Shown: positions 59,313 to 64,000 of the stretch, one piece after another | Numbering within the stretch: the first letter of the stretch is position 1 | How the letters are laid out: each line of letters begins with the position of its first letter | Assembly (NCBI GenBank): GCA_905178155.1 | Contig: CAJINV010000015.1 | Coordinates: forward strand, 1,878,571-1,942,570 | DNA length: 64,000 nt | DNA from: Amoebophrya sp. A120 | Lineage: Eukaryota > Protista > Dinoflagellata | Direction of reading: 5' to 3' | The notes under the pieces: model-generated | The model's input: the letters and a program-made list of their open reading frames with translations, nothing else | What the model was told of the DNA's origin: nothing | Database searches by the model: none | Translations under genes and position numbers: made by a program

Positions 59313-61862
59313 CTACGGTGTAGAAGTGATTATGTGATCGTACAGCTTTCTGGCCAAAACCTCACTCCCGCGCCAATTCGGATGCAAATTGTCGTGCTGG
59401 TTATAGAGGTCGGGCGTCTCGTCTCCGCGGAGCACGTCATTGGTAGTCAATGTCGTGACGTTATGCATTTTTGCAAAAGTATCGCTATCGTGCTCGAAGT
59501 CGTGGTAATTGCATACATAATTTTCGCCAAATTTATTTCTCCAGTTCTTGAAGGGCTGAATTTGTACGTGCGGAACTACCGATGAAAAAGAACAAGGAGT
59601 AGAGTTGTCATGCAAGGTTGATGCAACAATGAGTACGAGCCCGATAATGCAACTTTTGCAGAGGATAGATGCGGATCCCTTGCAACTCGGGGTTTCCATT
59701 CTGAATTTCGCGCAGTGTATCCCTCATCACCGGAAAACCTTCGCGGAGCAAGCTGAGATAGAAAGCGTTCACACGCGACGTCCCGAACGTGGTCAGACGC
59801 CCGTTCCCGCCGTATCAAATTGAAAAGTGCTCCCACCACAGAGTGTGAAAGTGTTATTCTTGTTTGCTCCGCAAATCCAAATTATGCAACAATAACTGCA
59901 TCAAAACAAACATCTCCCACATTCTTGCACGCACAAGAGAGTGCGGAGCAATTTGAAATCTGAAGTAGCGATGAAAGTCTGTCTGTGCTGGACAGCGCCA
60001 CAGGCACACCATAAACGCTGTCGGTCATGTTGAGTCAGCATAAATGGCCTAGATAGAAGTGATACTTACCAATAAATGCGTCGCATTCACTTTACGGAAT
60101 ACGGAAAGAAGTTTCCGTGTCAAAAAATAGCAACGCAAGGGCAAGCTGTTTGGTCGTCTCGTGGTCGTTACGGGAGGGTGCGCTTTTCATTCTCATATCC
60201 CGACCAGGTTGGCGACGTGGCCTCGAAAGTAGCCTGCGCGCGTCCTAGGAAGGGACAGGACGATGATCTCCCGCGGTTTTTTCCTCTCGGTCAAAAATAT
60301 GCATTGCAAAAGTATCGTACTAGTATAAATCGCAATACAAATTGCCTCAGCATTAGAAATGGAATTTGTGATGCTGTTTTACATTAGGAAGAAGATTTGT
60401 CATGCATATTTGCAATTACTACGAGTTCGAGTGCGATACTTTTGCACAGGATAAAAAACTTCAGATACCTCGGGAAATTTTCCCGCCACAGAGTCCGGTA
60501 TGCATTGATGATTTGTCGCTTCAAAGATCCACTGCCCCATTCTCCGGCGATCTGCGACCAACTTTTACCCTGGAGAACTTGCTGCAAGATACTTTGGTGT
60601 AAGTCATTGCCCGAGACATGCACCACGATGCGGTCGTGCTCCGTCAGGGTGTCCCGTATCGCGACGTCGTTTGCGGGGTTGTTTGGACCGCCTGGGACGG
60701 AGCGGTCTCTCAGCGTTGAGCCCGCTTGCGCGGCCATGACACATTGGGTGGAGCTGGCATCTCCAGCCGTGCTGTCGTGGAAGAGTTTCGACAGGTAATA
60801 CATGATGTCCGGCTTCAGGTACGGCATAAACTTGTCGTACGTATTCGGGAGCTTGTTCTGCATTTTGTCGTTTGCAGTATCCACAAATGGCGAGACATCC
60901 ATCCAAGAGTCGCCCGCAAGGTACACGATGCGAGCCGTATTTGATGGCGCGTTTGCATTCAAAATACCGCGAAGGTTTGCGACGATCTGCCTTACGGTTT
61001 GCCCATTCGTGCGCTCGGGCTCGTAGTACCGGTCGGCGTTGATCTGTGTGGGGGTGAAAGCGCCATCGCCCCCGTTGCCTCCATTGTTGTCTCCGCTGGT
61101 GCCTCCGCCATTGCCTCCGCCATTGCCTCCGCCATTGCCTCCGCCATTGCCTCCGCCATTGCCTCCGCCATTGCCTCCGCCATTGCCTCCGCCGGTGCCT
61201 CCGCCGGTGCCTCCGCCATTGCCTCCGCCGGTGCCTCCGCCATTGCCTCCACCATTGCCTCCGCCACTACCTCCGCCGGTGCCTCCACCATTGCCTCCGC
61301 CGGTGCCTCCGCCATTGCCTCCGCCGGTGCCTCCACCATTGCCTCCGCCGGTGCCTCCGCCGGTGCCTCCGCCGGTGCCTCCGCCGGTGCCTCCGCCGGT
61401 GCCTCCGCCGGTGCCTCCGCCGGTGCCTCCGCCGGTGCCTCCGCCGGTGCCTCCGCCGGTGCCTCCGCCGGTGCCTCCGCCGGTGCCTCCGCCGGTGCCT
61501 CCGCCGGTGCCAACGCCGGTGCCAACGCCGGTGCCTCCCCCCCCGTCATTGCCTCCTCCGGCAGATGGAGGCGGAGCGGGGACGTTGTTCCCTTCTGTAC
61601 CACTCCGCGCGTGGTTAACCGCGACAATCACTCCCGCCGTCGTACCCGCCACAGCGCCGAGGGAGAGAAACGCGATCAGCAGTATGGCCCAGAGTGGGAG
61701 ACAGGGGGAACTGCGAGCGGAGGGGTTCAGTTGTTCGGTCTCAGCAGCTTCACCAGGTCCTCCTGCATGGTAAGTTTTCGACTTTTCTTCATCCCGTCCC
61801 CGTAAGAGAGGATCTTCCTCTGCATACGACCGAGGCACTGCTGGAAGTGTTTTTCCGGTCAT
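59313..61862 (-). CDS. SGNH/GDSL-type hydrolase, type II membrane-anchored, paralog 3 with long Gly-rich stalk
   Basis: Intact frame after removing 3 introners; blocks GDS, AGST, SGND, DNLHP; ends …HIITSTP*. Confidence 0.85.
59462..59667. mobile_element. Introner family B (shared)
   Basis: DR GACGT/GATGC. Confidence 0.85.
59813..60197. mobile_element. Introner family K (shared)
   Basis: DR CGCCG/TCCCG. Confidence 0.85.
60298..60453. mobile_element. Introner family B, paralog-3 specific
   Basis: DR AAAAA/AAAAA; single AAAAA at empty sites ~50448 and ~55631. Confidence 0.95.
61098..61540 (-). repeat. Coding 12-bp tandem repeat (GGGT/GGGN)
   Basis: More than 30 units of GCCTCCGCC(GGT/ATT) on +. 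Confidence 0.95.
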
Positions 61863-63269
61863 CGTGTTTTTGGTTTTGTCTTCACTTCCTCGGAGAGTAA
61901 AAAGTGAATTGCGCCGTGTGTTCTTCTTAAGGTGAGCGGGAAGAATGATCTTTAGCGGAACGAGTACAATTCTTCTTTTGAAGTTTTTGCTTCGGGAAAG
62001 TAAAAGTTGGAGTTCTAGCTTCGTTCCTGCTAGTATAATGCACACAAGTAGTTGTGGGCAAAAATATAAATAATGCTAGAGGTTCTTTGCTATTCTACGA
62101 TACTAGCTGTTGCTGTACAAGAAAGTACTACTTAGCTTGCTTTTCTACCGCGGTCAAAAGAGGCGGACGCGGACTGTGTCCCTGATATTCACATTTTTTT
62201 TGTAGAAAGTCAAATGTCCCCCGGCTCGGCTCCGGCTCGCTTTTGCGCAAGCATAATCTTCTTGGTCGTTGGGCTCTTGCGACGTTTTGATGTGGCTTCA
62301 TCTTCCCATGAAAAATTCTCGATAAAGATGATCCCGCTCAGAAACAGAGATCCTATGCGGTTTATTTTACAACTTCGTTGCAAGAACGAACTAGAGCGCA
62401 ATGATCCAGTGAACTAGATCAAGAAGAACCTTTTCAGAAACTCGTCTTGGCTCTTTTGGATCAAGATTTACCTGCGAGACTGAGTGATAAAACGGATCTG
62501 TTCTGGAACTTCACAGGCGAGTATGACTGCTGTCAGTTTTGTCTTGATGGATTTGAATACAGGCACAGCCACAGTCACCGTCTGATGAGTTGATCTTTCA
62601 GTAGTTCATGTGTTGCAGATGCCAAGGATGCGCGGAACGAATGTAAGAGCGCGTCTGTCGTTGAGCCGTGGCTATTTTTACGACAACAATTACTACAGCC
62701 TGAGATCATCACTCTCGATCTTTCAGCTGCTCATGTGACGCTGATAACGTCGCGCGGACGGCAAGAGCGTGTTTGTCGTTGTTTCTGAAAACAAATACCA
62801 CGTGGCCCCCCACGCATCACGAGCCTTCGCAGCAGGAGAACACTTTCAACAGACAGAAGGTCGCCAAGGGTAGTTTCTCGGTCTTTCTCTTATTTCTTTT
62901 GATGTCCATGAAAGAATTTTTCGAGCATGCTGTAGATGTTGTCCATTTCGGTAAGAATAAGTAGACGTACTTAATATTATTTAAGTAAATGCGGAAAATA
63001 AGATTCGCGATCGCGTGCGTGAATGAAGTTTCAAAAAAAAAGTACAAATACTGAATTCTTGTTGACCTCCAAAAGCGTCGTGCTCATGTCTTTTATTCCC
63101 TTCGTTCAGCATAGTGCTGTCTTTTGGTTAAGAAGTTGCACCCCTTTAGAAGTACCCAAGTGTTGGTCTCTTTCCATATATGAAACAAAAAAGTAAAAAC
63201 CAATATCAAAAGTAGATATTGCATCTTCATCATGATGCCCGCCCTGTGGGACGACTTTTAATCCTCCCG

Positions 63270-63551
63270 CTACTCCTCGTCGTAATTTTCAAAATAATGC
63301 AGAAGGAAACCCACTATCGTGTCGCGCGTATCCTTTGCCACCTCCTCACATTGTGTGTTCGACAGTCTATTAGTTTCATCCGCTTTCTGTGCGTGAGGCC
63401 AGTGCCCCCCATTCGGCACGAGGTAGTGCATGACGGTTTCGAATTTCTTGTGCGTGTACAGCTTTCCTTTTCCCTTGTACATGGTCTCCTTTTTCAGGGT
63501 TTCCACATCCCGGTGTTCCATGACGCGTGCGTAAGCGTTAAACCATCGAGG
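63270..63551 (-). CDS. Last exon of a hypothetical gene continuing beyond the window
   Basis: Open frame PRWFNAYARVMEH…HYFENYDEE* abutting an introner end at 63552. Confidence 0.55.
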   Translation of the reverse strand, partial: PRWFNAYARVMEHRDVETLKKETMYKGKGKLYTHKKFETVMHYLVPNGGHWPHAQKADETNRLSNTQCEEVAKDTRDTIVGFLLHYFENYDEE

Positions 63552-64000
63552 TATGCATTGCAAATATGTCTGGGTCTGGAAACTTGTGATGCACGTTAGT
63601 CATATAGCAAATGCACAGCACTGTAATGCGCGGCCAAGCATGACAACGTTTTTTTGTGCTTCTGTGCTACGTATTCCGCATGAGAAACTGCGTTTTTGCA
63701 TGACAGGGAAGAGGAGCGCTTCGCGGCCACGCAATACAGAGCCAGGAGTCATGGTGCCAGAACAGCATGTATCCTGTGCAAAAGTATCGCACTCGTATTG
63801 CAATCGTCGTTCGTTCGTTGTGGATCGGCTCTGCCGACCGGGTAACCCAACGCCTTACATATAAATGACCGACTTAGGCGAACCCCGTTGCGGGCATACA
63901 AATTGGCCGTACGGAAGGGCCCTAAGCGCTACATACATAGTTCACCCTAAGCGCCTACCACTTCGGTCTGGGACCTCGTCTACCTGATCCTGGGGGTCCA
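63552..64000. mobile_element. Family D introner with nested family B introner (63770) and a third insertion (~63807), truncated by window end
   Basis: 63552-63769 is a reverse-complement relative of 37341-37596; family B TIR starts 63770 and breaks into CGTTCGTTCGTT plus unrelated sequence. Confidence 0.85.

Larger units (their letters stand above)
48860..62800. repeat. Tandem segmental triplication (SGNH gene plus flanks)
   Basis: Intergenic homology 48860-49470 ~ 53670-54640 ~ 58360-59310, and 57200-58060 ~ 61870-62800. Confidence 0.9.

Noticed and set aside
59576-59839. ORF MVGALFNL… (also 54962-55174, 49839-50138) as the SGNH exon frame
   Set aside because: TIR/DR geometry selects another frame (…FYLSLLREGFP…LQGIRI) that joins both neighbouring exons.
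60992-61805. ORFs with AEAP, ASAG or PPPV repeats
   Set aside because: Alternative frames of the 12-bp Gly-stalk repeat of SGNH paralog 3.
1-64000. Autonomous transposase, reverse transcriptase, tRNA or rRNA genes
   Set aside because: None recognised by eye; the mobilising enzyme is not evident in this window.

Overview
Eukaryotic, gene-dense DNA, most likely from the parasitic dinoflagellate relative Amoebophrya (Syndiniales); this is inferred from its intron architecture, not from a database search. The ORF track is misleading because genes are split by 44 complete and 2 window-truncated short (mostly 109-397 bp) non-autonomous elements from about 12 families. Nearly all begin TAT, end ATA, carry terminal inverted repeats (TIRs), sit between 5-bp direct repeats (DR/TSD) and share an internal GCAT(G/T/C)ACAAA motif. 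Removing element plus one DR restores the reading frame in every case checked, so they behave as non-canonical introns (introners). Reconstructed genes include an ASCH-domain protein, a multi-EF-hand plus RelA/SpoT-like synthetase protein, a MYND/MSS51-like protein, a type I membrane protein, a zf-PARP plus PADR1 protein without a catalytic domain, and three tandem membrane-anchored SGNH hydrolases whose empty and filled sites show insertion with a 5-bp duplication. All genes up to ~41.0 kb are on +, all from 43.8 kb on -. The convergence point holds an AT-rich island and a 680-bp split-direct-repeat element.
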